Notes: a model not told the origin generated them from the letters alone. Positions 30,500 through 41,573 are shown, numbered from the stretch's first letter. The stretch: DNA of 64,000 nt from Halothiobacillaceae bacterium (GCA_046541195.1 JBKHDT010000007.1:1008-65007); one strand, 5' to 3'. Translations and numbers: made by a program.

Positions 30500-30928
30500 T
30501 CAGCCGCGCGGGCAGATTTCTTCTGCCTTGAAGAAGAAGTCGATCTCGGCCCGGGCGTTCTCGAGGCTGTCGGAGCCATGAACGGCATTGGCGTCGATCG
30601 ACTCGGCGAAGTCGGCACGGATGGTGCCCGGCGCCGCTTCCTTGGGGTTGGTGGCACCCATCAGCTCGCGATTCCTGGCCACCGCGTCCTCGCCTTCCAG
30701 GCACTGGACCATGACCGGGCCGGAGATCATGAAGTCGACCAGCTCCCCGAAAAACGGACGCTCGCGATGCACCGCGTAGAAACCCTCCGCCTGCTCGCGG
30801 CTCAGGTAGATCATCCGGGCGGCGACGATTTGGAGGCCCGCGTTCTCGAAGCGGGTGTAGATCTGGCCGATGACATTCTTGGCGACTGCATCGGGCTTGA
30901 TGATGGAGAGCGTACGCTCGACGGCCAT
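30500..30928 (-). CDS. ndk: Nucleoside-diphosphate kinase
   Basis: [15 protein letters not shown]...NAVHGSDS. The track ORF starts at a TTG (30961). ATG 30928 with AAGAGGA upstream gives the canonical length of about 142 aa. Confidence 0.95.
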   Translation of the reverse strand: MAVERTLSIIKPDAVAKNVIGQIYTRFENAGLQIVAARMIYLSREQAEGFYAVHRERPFFGELVDFMISGPVMVQCLEGEDAVARNRELMGATNPKEAAPGTIRADFAESIDANAVHGSDSLENARAEIDFFFKAEEICPRG

Positions 30929-31316
30929 GCTGCTATGTCCTCTTTTCGCAAAAGTTGGCAAGGGTATCGGGTAACGGACGGGTTCCGGTCCGGGCGCCTG
31001 ACAGGCGCCGGGCGGGCCGGCCCGGCCTCAAACGCGACGGCCCCGGCGACTCGGGCCGCCGAGGTCCAAAAAACGGTCTCCCCGGATCAGGACGCCCTGC
31101 CCGCTGCATGAACGGCGGGCGGCACCTGCCGGGGGCGTTCCTGCCGCGCGCCGATGGCGGCAGGAAACCCCCGCGCAATCCTGACGGATCACGCACAGGC
31201 CAAGGGAACAAGAGTGTACCGCCTCGACAGGCGATGCACCAAGGACAATAGCGGGGCCGGCGCCTCGCCAGGCCCGTCCGGGCAGGGACGGCGCCCGACA
31301 GGCGGCGCGCCCGGGA

Positions 31317-31820
31317 TCAGGACTCGCCCGGACCGGCGACCAGATCGCCCAGGGGCATCGGCTCGGCGGTCCGCGCCCCCGAGCCGGAGTTGATCGCGGC
31401 GCAGCGTCGCTCGACATCGGCCTGTCGCTCGACCAGATCGGCCAGGGAAATCCCCGCAAGAAAGCCGCGGATCTGGTCGGAGAGCGCCATCCACAGATCG
31501 TGGGCCAGGCACATCTCGCCCCCCTGGCAGTTGCTTCTGCCCCCGCAACGGGTGACATCCACGGACTCGTCAACCGCCCCGATGACATCCGCCACGCTGA
31601 TCTGGGCAGCCGGGCGCGCCAGGCGATAACCGCCCCCCGGCCCGCGAATGCTGCTGACCAGTCCCTGCTTTCTCAGCGCGGCAAACAGCTGCTCAAGATA
31701 GGACAGCGACAGGTTCTGCCGGGAAGAGATCTGCGAGAGCGTGATCGGCGCATTTTCCTCGTGCAGCGCCAAATCGAGGATGGCCGTCACGGCGTAACGC
31801 CCCTTGGTGGTCAAACGCAT
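31317..31820 (-). CDS. iscR: Rrf2-family Fe-S cluster regulator IscR
   Basis: 167 aa. [18 protein letters not shown] winged-helix start. Cluster ligands are conserved as C-x5-C-x5-C-x2-H ([17 protein letters not shown]). Follows cysE as in Pseudomonas. Confidence 0.88.
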   Translation of the reverse strand: MRLTTKGRYAVTAILDLALHEENAPITLSQISSRQNLSLSYLEQLFAALRKQGLVSSIRGPGGGYRLARPAAQISVADVIGAVDESVDVTRCGGRSNCQGGEMCLAHDLWMALSDQIRGFLAGISLADLVERQADVERRCAAINSGSGARTAEPMPLGDLVAGPGES

Positions 31821-32097
31821 CGGTCATTACCTCCGCGAGGACTGTCCCGCTCGGGAGACCTCGCAACTGGATTTCTCGGCGATCAGATCCTGGCCATCAA
31901 TCCGGGAAGTGTCTGCGCGCGGGGCGGCAGAGCAGGAATCATCCACCAGGGGGCGCCTGCAGCCCCCGGTTTTTCCATGCCGGCCTGGCCGTTACATGCC
32001 CGGCTCGTGCTTCGCGATTCAATAGCTTGCGCCATGGCGCCACAGCCTACTATTCCCCAGTGGGGCATTCAAGAATCAAAACCTTCAGGTCCGCAGG

Positions 32098-32949
32098 TCA
32101 TTCGTTGCGACCCGGCTCCGGCGGCCTGGATGTCCGTTCGGATGCGGAGGACGCGCCGGACTCGGTGCGACGCGACCGCTCGGCATCCTCCAGCTCGTCA
32201 AGCTCCAGATTGCAGCCGTCGAGCGTGGGCAGGTTCAAGTCGTCCACCGCGCCCCCGAGCCCGCGCACCGACTCACCGAGGATTTCGACCTTCTGATCGA
32301 GCACCTGAATGTGATCGAGCATGCAATCGATGGCCCGGGCCACCGGATCGGGCATGTCGCGGGCCACGCCATAGGCATCGAAACCCAGCCGCTGGGCCAG
32401 GCGGGCGCGGGCCGGATCGACCTTTTCCCGCTCTTCCCGGCGGGCCACCACGCGCCCCGGGATGCCCACCACGGTCGCCCCTTCGGGAACATCCTTGAGC
32501 ACCACGGCATTGGAGCCGACCCGACTGCCATCCCCCAGGGTCACCGGCCCGAGCACCTTGGCGCCTGCACCGATGACCACGTTGTCGCCCAGCGTGGGGT
32601 GTCGCTTGCCGGACTTCCAGCTGGTGCCGCCAAGGGTCACGCCATGGTAAATCGTGCAGTCATCGCCGATTTCGGCCGTCTCGCCGATCACCACGCCCAT
32701 GCCGTGGTCAATGAAGAACCGTCGCCCGATCCGTGCCCCGGGGTGAATCTCGATGCCGGTGGTCCAGCGCGAGAGGTTGGAGATCAGCCGGGCCACGAGA
32801 CGCAGCCGATGACGCCACAGCCAGTGGGCGGCGCGGTGCCACCACAACGCGTGCAGGCCGGGGTAGGCCAGCACCACCTCCAGGCCATTGCGGGCAGCCG
32901 GGTCCCGGGCCATGATCGACTGCAGATCCTCTCTCATTCGCTTGAACAC
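32098..32949 (-). CDS. cysE: Serine O-acetyltransferase
   Basis: 283 aa. Left-handed beta-helix hexapeptide repeats ([35 protein letters not shown]). C-terminal extension of the Pseudomonas-type subfamily. Confidence 0.9.
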   Translation of the reverse strand: MFKRMREDLQSIMARDPAARNGLEVVLAYPGLHALWWHRAAHWLWRHRLRLVARLISNLSRWTTGIEIHPGARIGRRFFIDHGMGVVIGETAEIGDDCTIYHGVTLGGTSWKSGKRHPTLGDNVVIGAGAKVLGPVTLGDGSRVGSNAVVLKDVPEGATVVGIPGRVVARREEREKVDPARARLAQRLGFDAYGVARDMPDPVARAIDCMLDHIQVLDQKVEILGESVRGLGGAVDDLNLPTLDGCNLELDELEDAERSRRTESGASSASERTSRPPEPGRNE

Positions 32950-33047
32950 CGGAACGCTCTCCTGAAAGTGGGGGCCCTGGCCATCCGCATGCCCAGGGCC
33001 GGGTCACGCGGGGACGGCGCGGCACTGAGGGGCACGGGCGCAAGGCG

Positions 33048-33803
33048 CTAGTCATCCCGCGCGCCGGTCGACCCGCCTCGACACAGGGCCGACACGACAC
33101 CGCGCAGGATATTGATCTCGTTTTCGGTCGGCTCGGCACGCAGATACAGCGCGCGCAGCTTCTGCATCAGGTGACGCGGATTCTGGGGGTCGAGAAAATC
33201 CGCCGACTCCAGCGCCACGCGCAACTGCTCAAGGTAGCCCTCCAGCTGCGCCACGGGCGCCGGCTGTGGCCCCTCCGGCAGGGCCATGCCGCCGCCGAGC
33301 GCCGCCATCCGAAGCTCGTAGGCGACCACCTGAATCGCCGCGGCAATGTTCAGGGAACCGTACTCGCTGCTGGCAGGAATGTGCAACAGGGCATGGCATC
33401 GATTCATTTCGGCATTGGTCAGCCCGCTGTGTTCCCGGCCGAACAGCAGGGAAACCGGGGTTTTCCGCGCGCGCGCGACCGACTCCAGCGCGGCGGCGCG
33501 GGCATCGAGCATCGGCATGGGCGCGGCCCGCAGCCGGGCGGTCGCTCCGACCACGAACCCGCTTTCCGCCAGGGCTTCGTCCAGGGAATCGACCACCCGG
33601 GCACTGCCCAGGAGGTCGTCCGCCCCGGATGCCATGGCGCGGTCGCGGCCGTCGGGGTCGGGAAAGCAGGCCGGGCGCACCAGCACCAGCCGTCCCAGCC
33701 CCATGGTCTTCATGGCGCGCGCGGCCGATCCGATGTTTCCCGGATGGCTGGTTTCCACCATCACGATGCGCAACCGGTCAGCCAGGGTCCCCATACCGTT
33801 CAT
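33048..33803 (-). CDS. trmJ: tRNA (cytidine/uridine-2'-O-)-methyltransferase TrmJ
   Basis: 251 aa. SpoU/TrmH blocks LRIVMVETSHPGNIGSAARAMKTMG and LLFGREHSGL. Divergent from suhB as in E. coli and Pseudomonas. Confidence 0.88.
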   Translation of the reverse strand: MNGMGTLADRLRIVMVETSHPGNIGSAARAMKTMGLGRLVLVRPACFPDPDGRDRAMASGADDLLGSARVVDSLDEALAESGFVVGATARLRAAPMPMLDARAAALESVARARKTPVSLLFGREHSGLTNAEMNRCHALLHIPASSEYGSLNIAAAIQVVAYELRMAALGGGMALPEGPQPAPVAQLEGYLEQLRVALESADFLDPQNPRHLMQKLRALYLRAEPTENEINILRGVVSALCRGGSTGARDD

Positions 33804-34002
33804 TCATCATCTCTCCAATTGTGCACACGCCGGGCCGCGGCGGGCCGGTCCCGTTTCATCCCCCCGGCGGCCTGGGCTATAATCGGCGGTCATCATCGAC
33901 CGGCGGGCCGCGCGTATCGTCGACTCGCTTAAGCGCCCGTCCGGCACTGGTCGGCACATCCGCCGCCAGTTCTCCTTTACTTCTTCTTTGACGGTCCGAA
34001 CC

Positions 34003-34815
34003 ATGCCCGTGACGCACCCCATGCTCAATACCGCCGTGCGGGCCGCACGCTCGGCGGGCAATCTCATTCTCCGCAACATCGACCGGGTTCAGGACCTGAC
34101 GGTGGAGTCCAAGCGCCGCAACGATTTCGTGTCAGACGTGGACCGCCAGGCCGAAGCGACCATCATCGACACCATTCACAGGGCCTACCCGGACCACGCC
34201 ATCCTGGCCGAGGAATCCGGCAGTTCCGGCACCCCGGAAGCGGAGTACACCTGGATCATCGATCCGCTGGACGGGACAACGAACTTCCTGCACGGCCTGC
34301 CGCATTTCGCCGTCTCGATCGCGCTGGCACGCGGCCACCGGCTCGAACAGGCGGTAATCTACAACCCGGTTGCCGAAGAGCTGTACACCGCCTCGCGCGG
34401 CGGGGGCGCCTTCCTGAACAATCGGCGCCTGCGGGTGACCGGCACCAGGGGCCTCGAGGGTGCCTTGCTTGGCACCGGGTTTCCGTTTAGACCGGAGCAG
34501 GACATCGACCTGTACCTGAAGACCTTCCGCGCCCTGCACGGACCGATCTCGGGAGTGCGCCGGGCCGGCTCCGCCGCCCTTGACATGGCCTATGTCGCCG
34601 CCGGCCGTCTGGACGGCTACTGGGAGTTCGACCTCAACGCCTGGGACATCGCGGCGGGCATTCTGCTGGTGCGCGAGGCCGGTGGCGTCGTGATCGACTT
34701 CGCCGGCGGCGAGAACTCCATGCAAAGCGGCAACGTGATTGCCGCCAACCCGAAGCTGACGCATGTCATGCTCAAGACCATCACGCCGGTTCTGCCGGAC
34801 TCGGCTCGCCAGTAG
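34003..34815 (+). CDS. suhB: Inositol monophosphatase family protein SuhB
   Basis: HPMLNTAVRAARSAG start. IMPase motifs ILAEESG, WIIDPLDGTTNF, WDIAAG. The track start at 33988 is a TTG; ATG at 34003 is preferred. Confidence 0.9.
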   Translation: MPVTHPMLNTAVRAARSAGNLILRNIDRVQDLTVESKRRNDFVSDVDRQAEATIIDTIHRAYPDHAILAEESGSSGTPEAEYTWIIDPLDGTTNFLHGLPHFAVSIALARGHRLEQAVIYNPVAEELYTASRGGGAFLNNRRLRVTGTRGLEGALLGTGFPFRPEQDIDLYLKTFRALHGPISGVRRAGSAALDMAYVAAGRLDGYWEFDLNAWDIAAGILLVREAGGVVIDFAGGENSMQSGNVIAANPKLTHVMLKTITPVLPDSARQ

Positions 34816-34887
34816 CCCCGGGTCGGTCGCCCGGCGCGGCCGGGGCGGATATCCATGCGCGGGCCGCCGTGCCCGCGACGCGGTCCG

Positions 34888-35472
34888 TCAGGGCAGTCGG
34901 CGGCGCATGGGTTCGATGGAGGCGTCCTGCAATTGCCGCTCGACCGATGCCGCCTCGGTGCCACCGACCGGACCGATCACCACCCGATAGATCGCCCGCC
35001 CCTCGAGCTGCGCCTCTTCGATGCGCGAGGTAAAACCCTGCAGGGCAACTTCGGCCTTGCGCCGCTCGGCATCGGCACGACTGCGGAAGGCCCCAACCTG
35101 CAAAATGAAACGCGCCGCCTCGGCCGGCGCCTCCTCAGGCACCGGGGGCTCGCTGGCCGGCTCCCCGGCGGAGCGATCTTCCGCCGGCTCCTCGGGCGAC
35201 GGTCTCGGGGCGGTTTCCTCCGGGAGCAGGTGGTAGAACTCGTAGCGCGGCGCGCTGACCGGCTCCTTCGGCTCGTCCTTGCGCACGTCGCGCGTCTCCT
35301 GGGCGGGCGACTCATCCGCGTCCGGCGGCTGGCCGCCCTGAGGCGGCGTGCGCAACAGCAGCACGACAAGCACCGCCACCAGCAGGGCGACCATCAGACC
35401 CAGCAGCACCCAGATGCCGAGCGGCACCGTGGACTCGCGGCGCCGGGCAGCCGGCTTTCTTGCGGCGGCCAC
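34888..35472 (-). CDS. SPOR-domain cell-division protein (FtsN/DedD-like)
   Basis: 194 aa. Basic N-terminus, one TM helix, a Pro/Glu-rich linker and a C-terminal SPOR fold (FILQVGAFRSRADAERRKAEVAL...YRVVIGP). Immediately downstream of argS. Confidence 0.75.
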   Translation of the reverse strand: MAAARKPAARRRESTVPLGIWVLLGLMVALLVAVLVVLLLRTPPQGGQPPDADESPAQETRDVRKDEPKEPVSAPRYEFYHLLPEETAPRPSPEEPAEDRSAGEPASEPPVPEEAPAEAARFILQVGAFRSRADAERRKAEVALQGFTSRIEEAQLEGRAIYRVVIGPVGGTEAASVERQLQDASIEPMRRRLP

Positions 35473-35475
35473 GGG

Positions 35476-37239
35476 CTACATCTCCTCCGGGGCACCGACG
35501 CCCAGCAGCCTCAATCCGTTGGCCAGGACCTGGCGCGTCGCCGCCACCAGCGAAAGCCGGGCATTGCGCAAGCCTGCATCCTCGACCAGGAAGGCATGGG
35601 CGTTGTAGTAGGTGTGAAAATCGTTCGCCAGATCCCGCAGGAAGTGGATCAGCTGGTGCGGCTCGTGCGCCAGGGCTGCCCGCTCCACCAGCTCGGGATA
35701 TTGCCCCAGGCGCTTGAGCAGATCCTGCTCATGGGTCTCGAGCAGGCGGTCGAAGTGCGCCGTTCCCTCTGCTCGGTCATGCGCCCAGCCCCGCTGCCTG
35801 AGCTGGCGGAACACGCTGCAAACGCGGGCATGGGCGTACTGGATGTAGTACAGCGGATTTTCGTTCGACTGGCTGCGGGCCAGGTCGAGGTCAAAGTCCA
35901 GGTGCTGTTCGGCACGACGCATCACGTAGAAGAACCGGGCCGCGTCGTTGCCGACTTCCTCCCGCAGCGCCCGCAGGGTGACAAAGCTGCCTGAACGGGT
36001 CGACATCTGCACCCGCTCGCCACCGCGGTAGAGGATGGCGAACTGGACCAGCAGGACGTCCAGGTGTTCCGGGTCGTGCCCAAGCGCCCGGAGCGCGGCC
36101 CGTACACGGGGAACATAACCATGGTGATCCGCCCCCCAGACATCGATGACCCGCTCGAAGCCGCGGTCAAACTTGTCCATGTGGTAGGCGATGTCCGAGG
36201 CGAAATAGGTGGTCTGGCCGTTGTCACGCTGAACCACCCGGTCCTTGTCGTCCCCGAAATCGGTCGATCGAAACCACAGCGCGCCGTCACGCTCGTAGAC
36301 GTGCCCCAGTTCGCGCAGCCGTTCGATGGCCAGGTTGACCAGCCCCCGATCGGCCAGCGACTGCTCGGAGTACCATTCCTGGTAGTTGACCCCGAATCCC
36401 GACAGATCATCGCGGATATCATCGAGAATGGCATTCAACGCCAGCTCGAAGACGTAGCGGTACCGGTTGTCGCCCAGAATCTCCCGGGCCCGCCCGATCA
36501 GGGCGTCGATGTGCTCCTCCCGGTCGCCGCCCGCCGGCTCGTCCGGGGGCACGCCCTCGAAGACCAATGCCGCAGGGGCTGCATAATCCGCACCATGCTC
36601 GGCATGCAGGGTGCGGGCAATGTCCACGATGTACCCCTCGGAACGGTAGCCATTGACGGGAAAGGCAAACGACTCGCCGCACAACTCGAGGTAGCGCAGC
36701 CAGACACTGGTTGCCAGAATGTGCATCTGCCGGCCGGCATCGTTGACGTAGTATTCGCGATGCACCTCGAAGCCGACCGCCTCGAGCAGATCCGCGACCA
36801 CCGCACCATAGGCCGCCCCGCGGCCATGGCCGACATGCAGCGGGCCGGTGGGATTGGCGGAGACAAACTCGACCTGCACCCGGCGGCCCGCCCCGATCGC
36901 ACTGCGCCCCCAGCGGGCGCCGCTTTCAAGGATTCGGTCGATCAGCGCGAATCCGGCCGCCGGGTCCACGAAGAAGTTGACGAACCCCGGGCCGGCGATC
37001 TCTACCTTGCAGATGGCCGGGTCTTTCGGCAGCGCCTCAACCAGCAGCCGGGCGGCCTCGCGCGGGTTCAGGCCCATCGGCTTGGCCAGCTGGAGCGCAA
37101 GATTCGTGGCCAGATCACCGTGCGCGCGGTCTCGGGTCGGGGTCACGACAATCTTCGGGGCGGATTCCTCGGCCACCTGTCCGGAGGACTTCAGGGCGGC
37201 GAGCGCCGAGGCCAGCAAGGATTCGACATGTTCTTTCAC
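35476..37239 (-). CDS. argS: Arginine--tRNA ligase
   Basis: Class I motifs [14 protein letters not shown] and QMSTRSG, with a DALR anticodon-binding C-terminus ending in M. The track ORF runs to 37365. The in-frame GTG at 37239 (VKEHVESLL...) aligns with family N-termini, but no strong SD is seen, so the start is uncertain. Confidence 0.92.
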   Translation of the reverse strand: MKEHVESLLASALAALKSSGQVAEESAPKIVVTPTRDRAHGDLATNLALQLAKPMGLNPREAARLLVEALPKDPAICKVEIAGPGFVNFFVDPAAGFALIDRILESGARWGRSAIGAGRRVQVEFVSANPTGPLHVGHGRGAAYGAVVADLLEAVGFEVHREYYVNDAGRQMHILATSVWLRYLELCGESFAFPVNGYRSEGYIVDIARTLHAEHGADYAAPAALVFEGVPPDEPAGGDREEHIDALIGRAREILGDNRYRYVFELALNAILDDIRDDLSGFGVNYQEWYSEQSLADRGLVNLAIERLRELGHVYERDGALWFRSTDFGDDKDRVVQRDNGQTTYFASDIAYHMDKFDRGFERVIDVWGADHHGYVPRVRAALRALGHDPEHLDVLLVQFAILYRGGERVQMSTRSGSFVTLRALREEVGNDAARFFYVMRRAEQHLDFDLDLARSQSNENPLYYIQYAHARVCSVFRQLRQRGWAHDRAEGTAHFDRLLETHEQDLLKRLGQYPELVERAALAHEPHQLIHFLRDLANDFHTYYNAHAFLVEDAGLRNARLSLVAATRQVLANGLRLLGVGAPEEM

Positions 37240-37516
37240 GGGGTTTACCGGGGTCTTGGTGGGCGACAATTGCGCAGGGTCGCCCTCCCGACGGGGACGA
37301 ACCGAGGCCGGGATTCTACCTCCGAGGGTGGCAGGGCGGCAAAGCCGCTGGCCGGCGCCGGGCACAATTCACCGCCCCGGCCCGGCAAAGACTGCTCGCC
37401 CGCGACCGGAATGCGGCACGGCAACCCGGGGCTCCGAGGGGGTTTTTTTATACAAGGCCTATACGCTTCCTGCTAATCTTGCGTCCCACGACTCCCAAGC
37501 AACACGGTAACCGCCC

Positions 37517-38134
37517 ATGCACGAACACCCGTCAGAGGACGACTTCCCCGAACCGGCCGGCGAAGACCGGCAGCGGCTTGAAAGGCTTGAGCAGGCCTAC
37601 CGGACCATTCTGGACGCCCTGGGCGAGGAGGCAGACCGCGAAGGACTGATCGACACGCCGAAACGGGCCGCCAAGGCGATGCTCTACCTGACGCACGGGT
37701 TGCACAAGCCGGTCGAGGCAGCGGTCGGAAATGCCCTGTTCGCTTCCGACAACGACGAGATGGTGGTCGTGCGCCGCATTGAGTTTTACAGTCTCTGCGA
37801 GCACCACCTGCTGCCGATCATCGGGCACGTCGACATCGGCTACATCCCGGACGGCAAGGTCATCGGCCTGTCCAAGCTGGCGCGGATTGTCGAACTCTAC
37901 GCGCGGCGGCTGCAGATCCAGGAAAACATGACCCGGCAGATCGCCGACACGATCGCCGAGGCCACCGGCGCGCGCGGGGTGGCCGTGCAGGTCCGCGCCG
38001 CCCACATGTGCATGAGCATGCGCGGCGTGGAGAAGCACGAGGCCGAGACGATTACCTCGATGATGCTCGGCGCCTTCCGCGACTGCCCGGCCACCCGCAA
38101 CGAGTTCCTGCAGCTGATCAGCCACCGCCCATGA
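37517..38134 (+). CDS. folE: GTP cyclohydrolase I (type 1)
   Basis: 205 aa. [11 protein letters not shown] zinc/active-site motif, [18 protein letters not shown]. Confidence 0.93.
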   Translation: MHEHPSEDDFPEPAGEDRQRLERLEQAYRTILDALGEEADREGLIDTPKRAAKAMLYLTHGLHKPVEAAVGNALFASDNDEMVVVRRIEFYSLCEHHLLPIIGHVDIGYIPDGKVIGLSKLARIVELYARRLQIQENMTRQIADTIAEATGARGVAVQVRAAHMCMSMRGVEKHEAETITSMMLGAFRDCPATRNEFLQLISHRP

Positions 38135-38841
38135 ACGCGCAGGCGCCGAGAATCCTGATCACCGGAGTCGGCCGGCGCATCGGTGCCCACCTCGCCAGCC
38201 ACTGCCTCGACCGGGGCTGGCAGGTGACCGGCAGCTGCCGGGACCGGAGCACGCCCACGGTACGCGCGCTGGTCGAACGCGGCATGACGGCGATCGAGTG
38301 CGAACTCACCGACCCTGCCTCGGTGGCCGCGATGGCGGACCGGGTCCGGGCAGACGGACGACTCCACGCCTTGGTGCACAATGCCTCCGTCTGGCATCGC
38401 GATGCGCAGGTTGCGGAATCACCCAGGCTGGCCGAGGAACTGTTCGCGGTGCACGTGCGCACGCCCTGGGCGCTCAGCGAGGCGCTGGCACCGCTGCTGG
38501 ACGACCCGGATCACCCCGGCAACATCGTGTTCATCACGGACGCGAACATTGCGCACGGCAAGCCGGAGCACATGCTGTACCTGGCCACCAAGGCCGGCGC
38601 CGAATCGCTGGTGCGCTCCATGGCGCGCCGGTACGCACCGGGCATCCGTGTCAACGGCATTGCACCTGGCCTGATCCTGTTTCATCCCGAAGATGACGAG
38701 CAGTACCGGCAGCGCCGGCTGGCCAAGCGGCTCCTGCCCTTCGAGCCCGGTCCGTCGGTGATCGCCCAGTCGCTGGACTACCTGCTCGACTGCCCCTACC
38801 TGACCGGAACCGTCCTGCGCGTCGACGGCGGCAAGCTCTGA
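38131..38841 (+). CDS. folM: Short-chain dehydrogenase, pteridine/dihydromonapterin reductase-like (FolM-like)
   Basis: 236 aa after trimming to the ATG that overlaps the folE stop (ATGA at 38131-38134). Rossmann motif [11 protein letters not shown]. Catalytic Y-x3-K (YLATK). The folE coupling suggests a pterin substrate; substrate specificity is inferred. Confidence 0.65.
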   Translation: MNAQAPRILITGVGRRIGAHLASHCLDRGWQVTGSCRDRSTPTVRALVERGMTAIECELTDPASVAAMADRVRADGRLHALVHNASVWHRDAQVAESPRLAEELFAVHVRTPWALSEALAPLLDDPDHPGNIVFITDANIAHGKPEHMLYLATKAGAESLVRSMARRYAPGIRVNGIAPGLILFHPEDDEQYRQRRLAKRLLPFEPGPSVIAQSLDYLLDCPYLTGTVLRVDGGKL

Positions 38842-38950
38842 CGTCCGCCGGTCACGCGGCGGCGGACCGGGCGATCGGGCCGCCAGCACGCTTGGGCCGC
38901 CCCCCCGCCCCCCGTTATCATGCCCAATCGCTCGCAACGTGGAACCCGGC

Positions 38951-40183
38951 ATGATCCAGGTCGTCACCGCCATCCGCTCCCTGCTGCTCGGCATGGGCAT
39001 CCTGCTGGCCGGTTCCGGCCTGCTCGGCACCCTCCTGGGCCTGCGGGCCGGCGAGGAAGGCTTTCCGCAGTGGGTCACGGGCATCGTGATGTCCGCCTTC
39101 TTTGTCGGCTACATCATCGGCTCCTGGCTGTGCCCGAAGATCATTCACCGGGTCGGGCACATCCGCACCTTTGCGGTCATGGCGACGATATCAAGCGTGG
39201 TGGCCCTGCTGCACGGGATGGTGGTCGACCCCTACGCCTGGTGGTGGTTGCGGGTCCTCAACGGCATCAGCCTGCTCGGGCTGTACATGGTGATCGAAAG
39301 CTGGCTCAACGAGACAGTGACCGACCAGCGCGGCCAGATCTTCGGCATCTACATGACCATCAGCCTGCTGGCCCTGGGTGCAGGCCAGTTCCTGATCCTG
39401 CTTTACGGGCCCATGGACCTGGCCTCATTCGCGCTGGTGGCCATTTTGTTCTCGCTGGGCTTGCTGCCGGTGGCGCTGACCCGCAGGCCGCAGCCGCAAC
39501 CGATCGCCACCGGCGCCCTGTCCTTGGTGACGCTCTACCGCAAGGCGCCCACCGGGGTGGCGGGTGCCCTGCTGTCGGGCGTGGTCACCGGGGCCTTCTG
39601 GGGAATGGGGGCGGTCTACGCGCACGACCTCGCGCTCAGTCCCCAGATGGTGGCGACCTTCATTGCGCTGACGATCCTGGGCGGTGCCCTGCTGCAGTGG
39701 CCGCTGGGCAAGCTGTCGGACAACCGTGACCGCCGGATCGTGATGTCCGGCATCTCGCTGGCCGGCGCCCTCTGCGCCATTGCACTGCTGGCCGTGCAGC
39801 CGGCGGCAGACACCCTGCTGCTGATCGTGGCACTGCTCTATGGCGGGTTTTCCTTCTCGCTCTACGCGATCAGCGTCGCACAGACCCATGACCGCCTGGG
39901 GCAGGGCCAGGTGCTCGAAGGCACACGGGCGCTGCTGCTGCTCAACGGCATTGGAGCGGCGTTGGGGCCGCTGCTCGCCGGAGGGCTGATGCAGTGGCTC
40001 GGCAGCGCCCGCGGCTTTCCTCTGGCACTGCTCATGACCCTGATGGCGCTGGCGACGTTCGTGCACTGGCGGATGCAGGTGGACAAGCCGGTCCCGGAAA
40101 CCGAGCGGGGCGAATTCGTGCCGGTCACCCGCACCTCGGCGGTCGCCGCCGAACTCGATCCGCGCACGCCGGACCCGGACTGA
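38951..40183 (+). CDS. MFS transporter (YcaD-like)
   Basis: About 410 aa and 12 predicted TM helices. Has the MFS loop 2-3 signature region. Start is GTG 38939 or ATG 38951. Confidence 0.8.
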   Translation: MIQVVTAIRSLLLGMGILLAGSGLLGTLLGLRAGEEGFPQWVTGIVMSAFFVGYIIGSWLCPKIIHRVGHIRTFAVMATISSVVALLHGMVVDPYAWWWLRVLNGISLLGLYMVIESWLNETVTDQRGQIFGIYMTISLLALGAGQFLILLYGPMDLASFALVAILFSLGLLPVALTRRPQPQPIATGALSLVTLYRKAPTGVAGALLSGVVTGAFWGMGAVYAHDLALSPQMVATFIALTILGGALLQWPLGKLSDNRDRRIVMSGISLAGALCAIALLAVQPAADTLLLIVALLYGGFSFSLYAISVAQTHDRLGQGQVLEGTRALLLLNGIGAALGPLLAGGLMQWLGSARGFPLALLMTLMALATFVHWRMQVDKPVPETERGEFVPVTRTSAVAAELDPRTPDPD

Positions 40184-40201
40184 CACCCAACCGGCCGGTG
40201 C

Positions 40202-40633
40202 TCAGCGAGCCGCCAGGCGTCGGCGCAGCAGGCGCATCAACGATCCGAGCAACGGCACGCGCTCGTACAGCTGGCCGGCCGGGTCCCAGTCATCCACGTG
40301 ATCGACTACCCGCCCGCGGTCATCAAACCGGAGGGTCGTGCACCCCTCGACTGCCAGCGGGTTCCTGCCCCTGGTAGCACAGCGCATCCGCCAGCGGATC
40401 ATGGCCACGGGCTGGCCATCGTGCTCGCCGGAGAGGGCCAGGAGAATCTCGAACCGCATGCCGGGACACTGCTCGAGCCCGTGGGCGAAGAGATGGCGGA
40501 TGGCTGCCAGCCCGCGCAAGTCGTTGAAGGGATCGCGAAAGCGGGCATCCTCCGCATAGATCGTCCCGAACCCGTCCAGCGAATCGGGGCCAAACTGCTC
40601 GAAGAAGGCACAGTAGCGTTCCAGCGGCGTCAT
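40202..40633 (-). CDS. SnoaL-like / NTF2-fold protein
   Basis: About 143 aa from MTPLERYCAFFEQ... Pattern ...YAEDARFRDPFN...L.F...G.V..H.D.WD is typical of the NTF2-like family often found in SDR/cfa clusters. ATGA overlap with the SDR stop. Confidence 0.55.
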   Translation of the reverse strand: MTPLERYCAFFEQFGPDSLDGFGTIYAEDARFRDPFNDLRGLAAIRHLFAHGLEQCPGMRFEILLALSGEHDGQPVAMIRWRMRCATRGRNPLAVEGCTTLRFDDRGRVVDHVDDWDPAGQLYERVPLLGSLMRLLRRRLAAR

Positions 40634-41382
40634 TCGCGCAGCATCCGTCTTGCGAGCGGAAACCACAGCGCGTAGGGCAGCCGGGTGATTCGACGCATGA
40701 ACCAGGTGAACAGCCGGGGCGTTCGAATCTCGAACCCGGGCCGGTCCAGGGCGCGGACGATCGCCGCCGCCGCCTCGGCCGGCTCGATCAGCCCGGGCAT
40801 CTCGAAATCGTTCTGTGCCGTCAGCGCCGTGCGCACGAATCCGGGATTGACGATCCGCAGGCGCACCCCGCCGCGGGCGAACTCCGGCGCGAGCGACTCG
40901 GTCATGTTGATCAGCGCCGCCTTGCTTGCACCGTAGGGCGCGGCATACGGCAGGCCCCGATAGCCGGCCACGCTGCCCATCACCAGAATCTGGCCCCGCC
41001 CGCGAGTCAGCATCGGCACGCGCAGGGCATCGAGCCCGTGCACCACGCCCTGGAAATTCACCATCATCAGCCGGGCGAAGGCCTCGGGATCAAAGTCGGC
41101 CAGCTCCATGGGGCGGTAGTCACCGGCGTTGAGCACCGCGACGCCGACCGGACCCCATTCCCGCTCGATGTGCGCCACGGCGGCCCGCATGCTTGCCAGG
41201 TCGGTCACGTCGACCGGCAGGGGCAGGACCTGCCCGGGACTGTCCGCCGCGCGCGCCTCGAGCCGCTCTGCACGCCGCGCGGAGATCACCACGCGATGCC
41301 CGCGCTCGACCAGCCGATCCACCAGCGCGGCGCCGATGCCGCTGCTGGCGCCCACCACCCAGGTCACCTGCTCACCCTGCAT
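40630..41382 (-). CDS. SDR-family oxidoreductase
   Basis: Trimmed to MQGEQVTWVV..., with GGGAGGG upstream. Motifs VVGASSGIGAAL, NAG and catalytic YGASK. Confidence 0.85.
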   Translation of the reverse strand: MQGEQVTWVVGASSGIGAALVDRLVERGHRVVISARRAERLEARAADSPGQVLPLPVDVTDLASMRAAVAHIEREWGPVGVAVLNAGDYRPMELADFDPEAFARLMMVNFQGVVHGLDALRVPMLTRGRGQILVMGSVAGYRGLPYAAPYGASKAALINMTESLAPEFARGGVRLRIVNPGFVRTALTAQNDFEMPGLIEPAEAAAAIVRALDRPGFEIRTPRLFTWFMRRITRLPYALWFPLARRMLRE

Positions 41383-41560
41383 CAGCCTGCCCTCCCGTTT
41401 GCCCCGGCAGCCACGCACGGCCGCCAATCATTGCGCCACATCCGCATTGCGGGCGCAGCCGGCAGCCCCCTGGACGGCGCGGTGGCGGCATCCAGCCCGG
41501 CATGCCCCGCAGCCTGTGACCCGGCGGGGTGGTCCGGGTGAACCGGCGCGCAATTTTCGA

Positions 41561-41573
41561 TACAATACTTGTA
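41561..41573. promoter_or_regulatory. Inverted repeat TACAA-N3-TTGTA in the divergent SDR / MerR-like promoter region (candidate operator)
   Basis: TACAATACTTGTA lies in an unusually AT-rich patch (TTTTCGATACAATACTTGTACCACATGCTACACT) 52 nt upstream of the MerR-like start codon. TACACT is a possible -10 element. Confidence 0.25.

Noticed and set aside
31821-31900. IscR autoregulatory box upstream of iscR (CTCCCGAGCGGGACAGTCCTCG).
   Set aside because: It bears only a loose resemblance to the type 1 IscR site (ATASYYGACTRwwwYAGTCRRSTAT) as I remember it. The AT-rich flanks are missing, so the call is too weak without a PWM scan.
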